Below, piece after piece: positions 52,501 to 64,000 of a stretch of 64,000 nucleotides of DNA. The DNA is taken from the NCBI GenBank assembly GCA_964057225.1, contig OZ059897.1, positions 7,502,001 through 7,566,000 of the forward strand, written 5' to 3'. A model generated the notes under the pieces. The model made no database searches, was not told the origin of the DNA, and was given only the letters and a program-made list of their open reading frames with translations. A program made the position numbers and the translations under genes. Origin of the DNA: Auanema rhodensis. Lineage: Eukaryota; Animalia; Nematoda. The number at the start of each line of letters is the position of its first letter. Position 1 is the first letter of the stretch.

Positions 52501-55500
52501 CTTTTATTTATTCCAGAATCTTGAATTTTTCTTCAAATATAGATCTTTTTGAATTAAATTTAGAAGTAAATATACTATTGTATGAGTAGGTACTTCATTA
52601 TTTTTATGAAATGGCGACGATATGTAGCCTCGTTAGCTCAGCTGGTAGAGCGTTAGACTTTTAATCTAACGGTCAGGGGTTCGAGCCCCCTACGGGACTA
52701 ATTTTTTACATTCTATCTGTCCCGAGCATGTAAAACTTAATTTTCTTACCTTGTTTAAACTTTTATTTATTCCAGAATCTTGAATTTTTCTTCAAATATA
52801 GATCTTTTTGAATTAAATTTAGAAGTAAATATACTATTGTATGAGTAGGTACTTCATTATTTTTATGAAATGGCGACGATATGTAGCCTCGTTAGCTCAG
52901 CTGGTAGAGCGTTAGACTTTTAATCTAACGGTCAGGGGTTCGAGCCCCCTACGGGGCTAATTTTTTACATTCTATCTGTCCCGAACATGTAAAACTTAAT
53001 TTTCTTACCTTGTTTAAACTTTTATTTATTCCAGAATCTTGAATTTTTCTTCAAATTTAGATCTTTTTGAATTAAATTTAGAAGTAATTATACTATTCTA
53101 TGAGTAAGTACTTCATTATTTTTATGAAATGGTGACGATATGTAGCCTCGTTAGCTCAGCTGGTAGAGCGTTAGACTTTTAATCTAACGGTCAGGGGTTC
53201 GAGCCCCATACGGGGCTAATTTTTAACATTCTATCTGTTCCGAATATGTAAAACTGAATTTTCTTACCTTGTTTAAACTTTTATTCATTCCAGAATCTTG
53301 AATTTTTCTGAAATATAGATCTTTTTGAATTAAATTTAGAAGTAAATATAATATTGTATGAGTAAGTACTTCATTATTTTTATGAAATGGTGGCGATGTG
53401 TAGCCTCGTTAGCTCAGCTGGTAGAGCGTTAGACTTTTAATCTAACGGTCAGGGGTTCGAGCCCCCTACGGGGCTAATTTTTTACATTCTATCTGTCCCG
53501 AACATGTAAAACTTAATTTTCTTACCTTGTTTAAACTTTTATTTATTCCAGAATCTTGAATTTTTCTTCAAATATAGATCTTTTTGAATTAAATTTAGAA
53601 GTAAATATACTATTCTATGAGTAAGTACTTCATTATTTTTATGAAATGGTGACGATATGTAGCCTCGTTAGCTCAGCTGGTAGAGCGTTAGACTTTTAAT
53701 CTAACGGTCAGGGGTTCGAGCCCCCTACGGGGCTAATTTTTTACATTCTATCTGTCCCGAACATGTAAAACTTAATTTTCTTACCTTGTTTAAACTTTTA
53801 TTTATTCCAGAATCTTGAATTTTTCTTCAAATATAGATCTTTTTGAATTAAATTTAGAAGTAAATATACTATTCTATGAGTAAGTACTTCATTATTTTTA
53901 TGAAATGGTGACGATATGTAGCCTCGTTAGCTCAGCTGGTAGAGCGTTAGACTTTTAATCTAACGGTCAGGGGTTCGAGCCCCCTACGGGGCTAATTTTT
54001 TACATTCTATCTGTCCCGAACATGTAAAACTTAATTTTCTTACCTTGTTTAAACTTTTATTCATTCCAGAATCTTGAATTTTTCTTCAAATATAGATCTT
54101 TTTGAATTAAATTTAGAAGTAAATATACTATTCTATGAGTAAGTACTTCATTATTTTTATGAAATGGTGACGATATGTAGCCTCGTTAGCTCAGCTGGTA
54201 GAGCGTTAGACTTTTAATCTAACGGTCAGGGGTTCGAGCCCCCTACGGGGCTAATTTTTTACATTCTATCTGTTCCGAACATGTAAAACTTTATTTTCTT
54301 ACCTTGTTTGAACTTTCATTTATTCCAGAATCTTGAATTTTTCTGAAATATAGATCTTTTTGAATTAAATTTAGAAGTAAATATACTATTCTATGAGTAA
54401 GTACTTCATTATTTTTATGAAATGGTGACGATATGTAGCCTCGTTAGCTCAGCTGGTAGAGCGTTAGACTTTTAATCTAACGGTCAGGGGTTCGAGCCCC
54501 CTACGGGGCTAATTTTTTACATTCTATCTGTCCCGAACATGTAAAACTTAATTTTCTTACCTTGTTTAAACTTTTATTTATTCCAGAATCTTGAATTTTT
54601 CTTCAAATATAGATCTTTTTGAATTAAATTTAGAAGTAAATATACTATTGTATGAGTAGGTACTTCATTATTTTTATGAAATGGCGACGATATGTAGCCT
54701 CGTTAGCTCAGCTGGTAGAGCGTTAGACTTTTAATCTAACGGTCAGGGGTTCGAGCCCCCTACGGGGCTAATTTTTTACATTCTATCTGTCCCGAACATG
54801 TAAAACTTAATTTTCTTACCTTGTTTAAACTTTTATTTATTCCAGAATCTTGAATTTTTCTTCAAATATAGATCTTTTTGAATTAAATTTAGAAGTAAAT
54901 ATACTATTGTATGAGTAGGTACTTCATTATTTTTATGAAATGGCGACGATATGTAGCCTCGTTAGCTCAGCTGGTAGAGCGTTAGACTTTTAATCTAACG
55001 GTCAGGGGTTCGAGCCCCCTACGGGGCTAATTTTTTACATTCTATCTGTCCCGAACATGTAAAACTTAATTTTCTTACCTTGTTTAAACTTTTATTTATT
55101 CCAGAATCTTGAATTTTTCTTCAAATATAGATCTTTTTGAATTAAATTTAGAAGTAAATATACTATTGTATGAGTAGGTACTTCATTATTTTTATGAAAT
55201 GGCGACGATATGTAGCCTCGTTAGCTCAGCTGGTAGAGCGTTAGACTTTTAATCTAACGGTCAGGGGTTCGAGCCCCCTACGGGACTAATTTTTTACATT
55301 CTATCTGTCCCGAGCATGTAAAACTTAATTTTCTTACCTTGTTTAAACTTTTATTTATTCCAGAATCTTGAATTTTTCTTCAAATATAGATCTTTTTGAA
55401 TTAAATTTAGAAGTAAATATACTATTGTATGAGTAGGTACTTCATTATTTTTATGAAATGGCGACGATATGTAGCCTCGTTAGCTCAGCTGGTAGAGCGT

Positions 55501-58500
55501 TAGACTTTTAATCTAACGGTCAGGGGTTCGAGCCCCCTACGGGGCTAATTTTTTACATTCTATCTGTCCCGAACATGTAAAACTTAATTTTCTTACCTTG
55601 TTTAAACTTTTATTTATTCCAGAATCTTGAATTTTTCTTCAAATTTAGATCTTTTTGAATTAAATTTAGAAGTAATTATACTATTCTATGAGTAAGTACT
55701 TCATTATTTTTATGAAATGGTGACGATATGTAGCCTCGTTAGCTCAGCTGGTAGAGCGTTAGACTTTTAATCTAACGGTCAGGGGTTCGAGCCCCATACG
55801 GGGCTAATTTTTAACATTCTATCTGTTCCGAATATGTAAAACTTAATTTTCTTACCTTGTTTAAACTTTTATTCATTCCAGAATCTTGAATTTTTCTGAA
55901 ATATAGATCTTTTTGAATTAAATTTAGAAGTAAATATAATATTGTATGAGTAAGTACTTCATTATTTTTATGAAATGGTGGCGATGTGTAGCCTCGTTAG
56001 CTCAGCTGGTAGAGCGTTAGACTTTTAATCTAACGGTCAGGGGTTCGAGCCCCCTACGGGGCTAATTTTTTACATTCTATCTGTCCCGAACATGTAAAAC
56101 TTAATTTTCTTACCTTGTTTAAACTTTTATTTATTCCAGAATCTTGAATTTTTCTTCAAATATAGATCTTTTTGAATTAAATTTAGAAGTAAATATACTA
56201 TTCTATGAGTAAGTACTTCATTATTTTTATGAAATGGTGACGATATGTAGCCTCGTTAGCTCAGCTGGTAGAGCGTTAGACTTTTAATCTAACGGTCAGG
56301 GGTTCGAGCCCCCTACGGGGCTAATTTTTTACATTCTATCTGTCCCGAACATGTAAAACTTAATTTTCTTACCTTGTTTAAACTTTTATTTATTCCAGAA
56401 TCTTGAATTTTTCTTCAAATATAGATCTTTTTGAATTAAATTTAGAAGTAAATATACTATTCTATGAGTAAGTACTTCATTATTTTTATGAAATGGTGAC
56501 GATATGTAGCCTCGTTAGCTCAGCTGGTAGAGCGTTAGACTTTTAATCTAACGGTCAGGGGTTCGAGCCCCCTACGGGGCTAATTTTTTACATTCTATCT
56601 GTTCCGAACATGTAAAACTTTATTTTCTTACCTTGTTTGAACTTTCATTTATTCCAGAATCTTGAATTTTTCTGAAATATAGATCTTTTTGAATTAAATT
56701 TAGAAGTAAATATACTATTCTATGAGTAAGTACTTCATTATTTTTATGAAATGGTGACGATATGTAGCCTCGTTAGCTCAGCTGGTAGAGCGTTAGACTT
56801 TTAATCTAACGGTCAGGGGTTCGAGCCCCCTACGGGGCTAATTTTTTACATTCTATCTGTCCCGAACATGTAAAACTTAATTTTCTTACCTTGTTTAAAC
56901 TTTTATTCATTCCAGAATCTTGAATTTTTCTTCAAATATAGATCTTTTTGAATTAAATTTAGAAGTAAATATACTATTCTATGAGTAAGTACTTCATTAT
57001 TTTTATAAAATGGTGACGATATGTGGCCTCGTTAGCTCAGCTGGTAGAGCGTTAGACTTTTAATCTAACGGTCAGGGGTTTGAGCCCCCTACGGGGCTAT
57101 TTTTTTACATTCTATCTGTCCCGAGCATGTAAAACTTAATTTTCTTACCTTGTTTAAACTTTTATTTATTCCAGAATCTTGAATTTTTCTTCAAATATAG
57201 ATCTTTTTGAATTAAATTTAGAAGTAAATATACTATTGTATGAGTAGGTACTTCATTATTTTTATGAAATGGCGACGATATGTAGCCTCGTTAGCTCAGC
57301 TGGTAGAGCGTTAGACTTTTAATCTAACGGTCAGGGGTTCGAGCCCCCTACGGGGCTAATTTTTTACATTCTATCTGTCCCGAACATGTAAAACTTAATT
57401 TTCTTACCTTGTTTAAACTTTTATTTATTCCAGAATCTTGAATTTTTCTTCAAATTTAGATCTTTTTGAATTAAATTTAGAAGTAATTATACTATTCTAT
57501 GAGTAAGTACTTCATTATTTTTATGAAATGGTGACGATATGTAGCCTCGTTAGCTCAGCTGGTAGAGCGTTAGACTTTTAATCTAACGGTCAGGGGTTCG
57601 AGCCCCATACGGGGCTAATTTTTAACATTCTATCTGTTCCGAATATGTAAAACTTAATTTTCTTACCTTGTTTAAACTTTTATTCATTCCAGAATCTTGA
57701 ATTTTTCTGAAATATAGATCTTTTTGAATTAAATTTAGAAGTAAATATAATATTGTATGAGTAAGTACTTCATTATTTTTATGAAATGGTGGCGATGTGT
57801 AGCCTCGTTAGCTCAGCTGGTAGAGCGTTAGACTTTTAATCTAACGGTCAGGGGTTCGAGCCCCCTACGGGGCTAATTTTTTACATTCTATCTGTCCCGA
57901 ACATGTAAAACTTAATTTTCTTACCTTGTTTAAACTTTTATTTATTCCAGAATCTTGAATTTTTCTTCAAATATAGATCTTTTTGAATTAAATTTAGAAG
58001 TAAATATACTATTCTATGAGTAAGTACTTCATTATTTTTATGAAATGGTGACGATATGTAGCCTCGTTAGCTCAGCTGGTAGAGCGTTAGACTTTTAATC
58101 TAACGGTCAGGGGTTCGAGCCCCCTACGGGGCTAATTTTTTACATTCTATCTGTCCCGAACATGTAAAACTTAATTTTCTTACCTTGTTTAAACTTTTAT
58201 TTATTCCAGAATCTTGAATTTTTCTTCAAATATAGATCTTTTTGAATTAAATTTAGAAGTAAATATACTATTCTATGAGTAAGTACTTCATTATTTTTAT
58301 GAAATGGTGACGATATGTAGCCTCGTTAGCTCAGCTGGTAGAGCGTTAGACTTTTAATCTAACGGTCAGGGGTTCGAGCCCCCTACGGGGCTAATTTTTT
58401 ACATTCTATCTGTTCCGAACATGTAAAACTTTATTTTCTTACCTTGTTTGAACTTTCATTTATTCCAGAATCTTGAATTTTTCTGAAATATAGATCTTTT

Positions 58501-60389
58501 TGAATTAAATTTAGAAGTAAATATACTATTCTATGAGTAAGTACTTCATTATTTTTATGAAATGGTGACGATATGTAGCCTCGTTAGCTCAGCTGGTAGA
58601 GCGTTAGACTTTTAATCTAACGGTCAGGGGTTCGAGCCCCCTACGGGGCTAATTTTTTACATTCTATCTGTCCCGAACATGTAAAACTTAATTTTCTTAC
58701 CTTGTTTAAACTTTTATTCATTCCAGAATCTTGAATTTTTCTTCAAATATAGATCTTTTTGAATTAAATTTAGAAGTAAATATACTATTCTATGAGTAAG
58801 TACTTCATTATTTTTATAAAATGGTGACGATATGTGGCCTCGTTAGCTCAGCTGGTAGAGCGTTAGACTTTTAATCTAACGGTCAGGGGTTTGAGCCCCC
58901 TACGGGGCTATTTTTTTACATTCTATCTGTCCCGAACATGTAAAACTTAATTTTCTTACCTTGTTTAAACTTTTATTCATTCCAGAATCTTGAATTTTTC
59001 TTCAAATATAGATCTTTTTGAATTAAATTTAGAAGTAAATATACTATTCTATGAGTAAGTACTTCATTATTTTTATGAAATGGTGACGATATGTAGCCTC
59101 GTTAGCTCAGCTGGTAGAGCGTTAGACTTTTAATCTAACGGTCAGGGGTTCGAGCCCCCTACGGGGCTAATTTTTTACATTCTATCTGTCCCGAACATGT
59201 AAAACTTAATTTTCTTACCTTGTTTAAACTTTTATTTATTCCAGAATCTTGAATTTTTCTTTAAATATAGATCTTTTTGAATTAAATTTAGAAGTAAATA
59301 TACTATTCTATGAGTAAGTACTTCATTATTTTTATGAAATGGTGACGATATGTAGCCTCGTTAGCTCAGCTGGTAGAGCGTTAGACTTTTAATCTAACGG
59401 TCAGGGGTTCGAGCCCCCTACGGGGCTAATTTTTTACATTCTATCTGTCCCGAACATGTAAAACTTAATTTTCTTACCTTGTTTAAACTTTTATTTATTC
59501 CAGAATCTTGAATTTTTCTTCAAATTTAGATCTTTTTGAATTAAATTTAGAAGTAAATATACTATTCTATGAGTAAGTACTTCATTATTTTTATGAAATG
59601 GTGACGATATGTAGCCTCGTTAGCTCAGCTGGTAGAGCGTTAGACTTTTAATCTAACGGTCAGGGGTTCGAGCCCCCTACGGGGCTAATTTTTTTCATTC
59701 TATCTGTCCCGAACATGTAAAACTTAATTTTCTTACCTTGTTTAAACTTTCATTTATTCCAGAATCTTGAATTTTTCTTCAAATATAGATCTTTTTGAAT
59801 TAAATTTAGAAGTAAATATACTATTCTATGAGTAAGTACTTCATTATTTTTATGAAGTTAGGAGGATGTGTAGCCTCGTTAGCTCAGCTGGTAGAGCGTT
59901 AGACTTTTAATCTAACGGTCAGGGGTTCGAGCCCCCTACGGGGCTAATTTTTTACATTCTATCTGTCCCGAACATGTAAAACTTAATTTTCTTACCTTGT
60001 TTAAACTTTTATTTATTCCAGAATCTTGAATTTTTCTTCAAATATAGATCTTTTTGAATTAAATTTAGAAGTAAATATACTATTCTATGAGTAAGTACTT
60101 CATTATTTTTATGAAATGGTGACGATATGTAGCCTCGTTAGCTCAGCTGGTAGAGCGTTAGACTTTTAATCTAACGGTCAGGGGTTCGAGCCCCCTACGG
60201 GGCTAATTTTTAACATTCTATCTGTCCCGAACATGTAAAACTTAATTTTCTTACCTTGTTCAAACTTTTATTTATTCCAGAATTTTGAATTTTTCTTCAA
60301 ATATAGATCTTTTTGAATTAAATTTAGAAGTAAATATAATATTGTATGAGGAAGTACTTCATTATTTTTATGAAATGGTGACGATATGT
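49511..60389 (+). repeat. tRNA-Lys(UUU) array block D (~42 genes)
   Basis: Genes at 49520 ... 60132 with ~259-bp spacing. Confidence 0.96.
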
Positions 60390-63300
60390 CGTTCCATTCG
60401 GATGATCAATGCATTACATTCATATGACGAAGCTGTAGCAGGCGGGTTAGAGTCAGAGAATGCGAGACTGAGAGAAGACGACCCGCCCTTTTCCATATTA
60501 CAACACTTCAGCTTTGCCTCAGGGACGATCATGGATGGTTGGTCGTTCTCTCTCTGTTCTCTATTAGTTTAACCTTTACTTAGTTATATGTATCTTATTG
60601 TAATCACGTAGATATAATAAACCAATCTTTCTCGAGTCTTATGTTTATCCTTATGCTCCATGTTTAACCGCTACATCTGGAATACTACCACGCTCATCTT
60701 GTAGACTCCATTGGTCTGTAAGATCGACGCGGGAGCATAACGGAACGTGGAGGTTCCACCTCGAACTTATCACAATTTTTTTTTCCTTCTCTTTAATGTT
60801 TGTGTTGTTAATTCATTTTCAAATTTCTTTCATCTCTCTTTTTCTCATACCATCTACTCTATGTCTTAACACAATACGGAGGGGCCAACAACGTTAAATG
60901 GGAACAGAGGCAAGGAATCCTTTTTTTTTTAAAGAAGGATTATACGTTTCGAGATTATTATTTTCCCGTTTGTTCACAAAAATTCTTTCGTCTGAACCTT
61001 TAAATTTCGTATCCTTGCTTATAACATCTGAAATGCTCTGTTACCCAACCTTGAAGCTTGATGAGGGCTTTAGGCTGAATTAGTGAACAAATTCACCTAA
61101 AGTAATTGTTATTTCGTATTTCCCACGCTTTCTCCTTTTTAAGGATTAATTTTGGCTTCAAGGAAAGAATAACTTCGGTTATATCTTTATATTTCGTGGA
61201 TGAAGTTTGTTTTGCGATCAGGACTATTTTATTTGGCGTTACGATTTCGTTCAGACAAATTTTGCTTCTAACATCCTAAATTTATAATCAGTACGCATGA
61301 AAAAAATTACACGGGAAACCTCACCAAAAAGGGAGGATTGTTAATTTATAGATCGCTATAGTCCGAAAAATCCTGTTGAAAAATGTTATCTCGAATTTGA
61401 ATCATGATTAACACAGGTCGTGTTGGCTAAAGCATATCGGTTTGGATTTTCTCCCCTTACTGAATGTCACCTTCCTCATACCGTTATTGTTGTTCAGAAG
61501 CATAAGACTCACGCATTGAACCTTATTCCAACTTTAATACTAGTTCTTGTAATATTTAGCCATTTAACTCTGCTTTTATTTCAAAATTCGATTTCTGATC
61601 ACGAAATACCTACATTCATCATTGCGAAACGCTCTTTTGTAAAACTAATATTACGAATCCCATGACTTTTGTTACAACGAAACATGCGAGCTACACCAAA
61701 TGTATTTGAAAACCAGATTGTAAAGAAACAAAAATTATTTTTGGTCACAAAAGAGAAATTGGTGCACATTTATTGTTAAACTGCTCTTTTATCAAAAGCA
61801 TGTTACGAATTACACCATAAGTTTTGTTGCAAGATGACACACCACATGGCCGAGAAACTAGTGTAACAAAACATAAGTTTAGTCAGCATGAGGAAAATGG
61901 TTGCATACAAATCAGTAAAATGTGCTGTAATTGAACGAATATTACGAATTACACTAAACGTTTTGTAAAATAACAGCTTGGTCACCCCAGATGTTTTGTG
62001 AATCAGATTTTCAACTACAGAGAAAATACGGAGAGCACCAGAGTCCCGATATCACACAGTAGAAGGCGGATCCATCGCCATTGGCCAAGGCATCGACCTC
62101 ATTCTCACAAGTTGTCGATACGACACCGGTCGCTCTCCAAAGCCTTTCTCATTTTGCCTACATCCTCATCCTTATTCACCGCATTCTTTAACGTCTCAAC
62201 ATCCCACACGTTACCAAGCACTCAAGGTTTTTTCAAACCAAGAGTTCTAGCAAGGTGGCTAAGAGATTCCATTCAGCCGTACCTATAAGTACGCATTTCG
62301 ATTCCCAAGACTCAGCTCCCTTTACCAGAAGTCGAGCTCGAGCTCAAGACGTCGCTATATTAGAAGAGGAGCAGAAAGTCGACAAGAAGCCGGATAATTT
62401 CCTTATTCCTACTACTGATTCTGTCTCACCTACTGAACAACTAGGCGACCCGGACTACGTACCTACTATAGAAGAAGAACTATCAATCATTGTGGAGGAA
62501 CAAACACCGATCACTCCTAAAAAGGTACGCTCCTCTAATTCTAATAAAAATAAGAAAAATCAAAACATCAGCGACGCTTCTCTCTCTCTCTCACTAACTG
62601 AACCAACCGATTCCCCTTTACTTTCAAAAACTTCTAGCGCGGGTGGGCTTAGTTCTCTTAGAAACATTGTTACTGATCTTTTTAACCTTTCGCCTAAAGA
62701 TAAAACTTTCAACACCAAGCGCAAAAGCAGATATTCATCAGTCCCTAACATTAATATCTCACCAATTCAACCACCTGCACCAAATACCAGTATTCATCAA
62801 ACTTCTACTCCCATCTTAACAACAACAGACTCACTTCCTAAGGCACCCAATAGACCTATTCCATCCACGCAAACAACCCCTATTTTGGAGACCCCACCAA
62901 TAACAGGTAGAACGATCAAAATACCATCTACCCGTACGAATAACATCATGACGGAAGCTGTTTCCTCACTACCTGGGGCAGGGAAAACAACAATCGCGCA
63001 AGCCTTACTTTCGCCTTACTGTCCAACTTACGACGGCAGTCGTAACTTCCGTGATTTTACGGGTAAATTCAACTTGTTTGCTAATGCCATTGGCCTTGTT
63101 ATCCCTGAAAGGTTAGCACTTCTTCCTTTGCTTCTCAAAAATGAAGCAGCAGAAGAAGCTTACAGACAAGTTCCTGAACAACTTAAAACAACTGGTTCGT
63201 GGAATGATCTGATTAGAGCACTAACATCGAAGCTCTGCCCTGAATATAACCAAGACCCTGCACTTATTAACCTTCAAAACACCACGCAAGGGGAATTGAC

Positions 63301-64000
63301 AATTGATGCATACGCCCAAGCATTAAGAACAATGGCATTGAGTGCATTTGCATCTGATGACCCACATAAAGATCAAATACTGAGATCAACATTCCTCAGA
63401 GGACTTAAAAATTCTCTAAAACCAGCTGTGATCCGAGCAAAGCCAAAATCCTTCACAGAAGCGATTGAAGCAGCTCGCTGGGAGGAATCGATAGTGAACC
63501 AAACAACAGACACGCAATCGATGTTGGTCAACGCTGTGAACAAAGCACTAGCACCCTTTGCGCGTAATGATGAGAGACGAGATAGCCAAACATTTAATCG
63601 CAATTATCAACGCGATAACCAAATGATAAGAAATAATCAAAATTATCAAAATAATCAAAATTATCAAAATTATCAAAAAAATAAAAACTTTTCTAATTTC
63701 AATAATAATCGAAACCGTTACGGTTCTTTCGCTAATAATAATCGCCGTACAAATTATAACGAACAAGATAATAGGCAATCGAGTTCTGATTGGCATCAAA
63801 GAAATTATAATTTTCGTCATAACAACCAACGAGGTAGATTCAATAACAACAACGGACAAAGAAGAGTTCAATTCAAAAATCCAAGAGACAACTCAAGAGG
63901 AAGAGATAGAAGCTCAACAAGAATAAACTCGGTCACCCTTTCGCCTTTGACGCTCACAGTTATCATGGCAATAACAGCAGCAATATTCTTGCCCTGTGCA
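60390..64000 (+). mobile_element. Ty3/Gypsy LTR retrotransposon 3, 5' part (possibly autonomous; continues beyond the window)
   Basis: LTR 60390-60747 (CGTTCC...GGAACG) shares both ends with the element 1 LTR. PBS TGGAGGTTCCACCTCGAACT at 60748, a 1.5-kb leader, then an open gag frame. Confidence 0.9.
62255..64000 (+). CDS. gag: Gag (capsid) polyprotein, open to the window end
   Basis: Stop-free frame from 62192 with first ATG at 62948. Capsid motifs PTYDGSRNFRDF..F, LLLKNEA, SWNDLIRAL, TQGELTIDAYAQAL, FLRGL..PKSFTEAIEAA. Confidence 0.88.
   Translation, partial: MAKRFHSAVPISTHFDSQDSAPFTRSRARAQDVAILEEEQKVDKKPDNFLIPTTDSVSPTEQLGDPDYVPTIEEELSIIVEEQTPITPKKVRSSNSNKNKKNQNISDASLSLSLTEPTDSPLLSKTSSAGGLSSLRNIVTDLFNLSPKDKTFNTKRKSRYSSVPNINISPIQPPAPNTSIHQTSTPILTTTDSLPKAPNRPIPSTQTTPILETPPITGRTIKIPSTRTNNIMTEAVSSLPGAGKTTIAQALLSPYCPTYDGSRNFRDFTGKFNLFANAIGLVIPERLALLPLLLKNEAAEEAYRQVPEQLKTTGSWNDLIRALTSKLCPEYNQDPALINLQNTTQGELTIDAYAQALRTMALSAFASDDPHKDQILRSTFLRGLKNSLKPAVIRAKPKSFTEAIEAARWEESIVNQTTDTQSMLVNAVNKALAPFARNDERRDSQTFNRNYQRDNQMIRNNQNYQNNQNYQNYQKNKNFSNFNNNRNRYGSFANNNRRTNYNEQDNRQSSSDWHQRNYNFRHNNQRGRFNNNNGQRRVQFKNPRDNSRGRDRSSTRINSVTLSPLTLTVIMAITAAIFLPCA

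Noticed and set aside
5298-60389. Regular repeats resembling a CRISPR array or SINE cluster
   Set aside because: Spacers are near-identical, the repeat is a complete tRNA with a terminator, and there are no cas genes, tails or TSDs. The context is eukaryotic.
60285-60572. 95-aa ORF
   Set aside because: A chance frame across the spacer/LTR junction
62963-63010. Walker A-like SLPGAGKTTIAQAL just before the Gag capsid
   Set aside because: The first position is S rather than G/A, there is no preceding hydrophobic strand or Walker B, and capsid motifs follow directly. Probably coincidental.

Overview
AT-rich eukaryotic DNA, almost certainly a rhabditid (clade V-like) nematode: ~45-nt introns, TTTCAG-type trans-splice acceptors and proteins that resemble C. 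elegans orthologues. Bases 1-5.2 kb hold three intron-containing housekeeping genes: a probable mut-7/EXD3 5' end (-), TFIIS (+) and SRP72 (+). About 110 bp after the SRP72 stop, a head-to-tail array of ~259-bp units begins, each carrying one tRNA-Lys(UUU) gene. It has about 129 full copies in four blocks up to 60.4 kb and shows higher-order periodicity and recurrent mutant variants. Four inserts interrupt the array. (i) A 15-kb composite with no TSD (20.3-35.5 kb): a 6-exon orphan gene with a Tc1/mariner MITE in an intron, a decayed and truncated Maverick/Polinton (major and minor capsid, class III gB-like fusogen, packaging ATPase, pPolB with an HNH insert), a short unrelated filler, and a 1.97-kb inverted re-copy of the Maverick interior joined to a tRNA by 5-bp microhomology. 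(ii-iv) Three young Ty3/Gypsy-type LTR elements with tRNA-Gln primer sites, non-canonical CG-3' LTR ends and 4-bp TSDs (visible for two of them). Two of the three sit within 10 bp upstream of a tRNA 5' end, which suggests Pol III/tRNA-targeted integration. Their LTRs also carry a second box complementary to the 5'/D-arm of tRNA-Gln. All homology calls come from motif recognition only; no searches were run.
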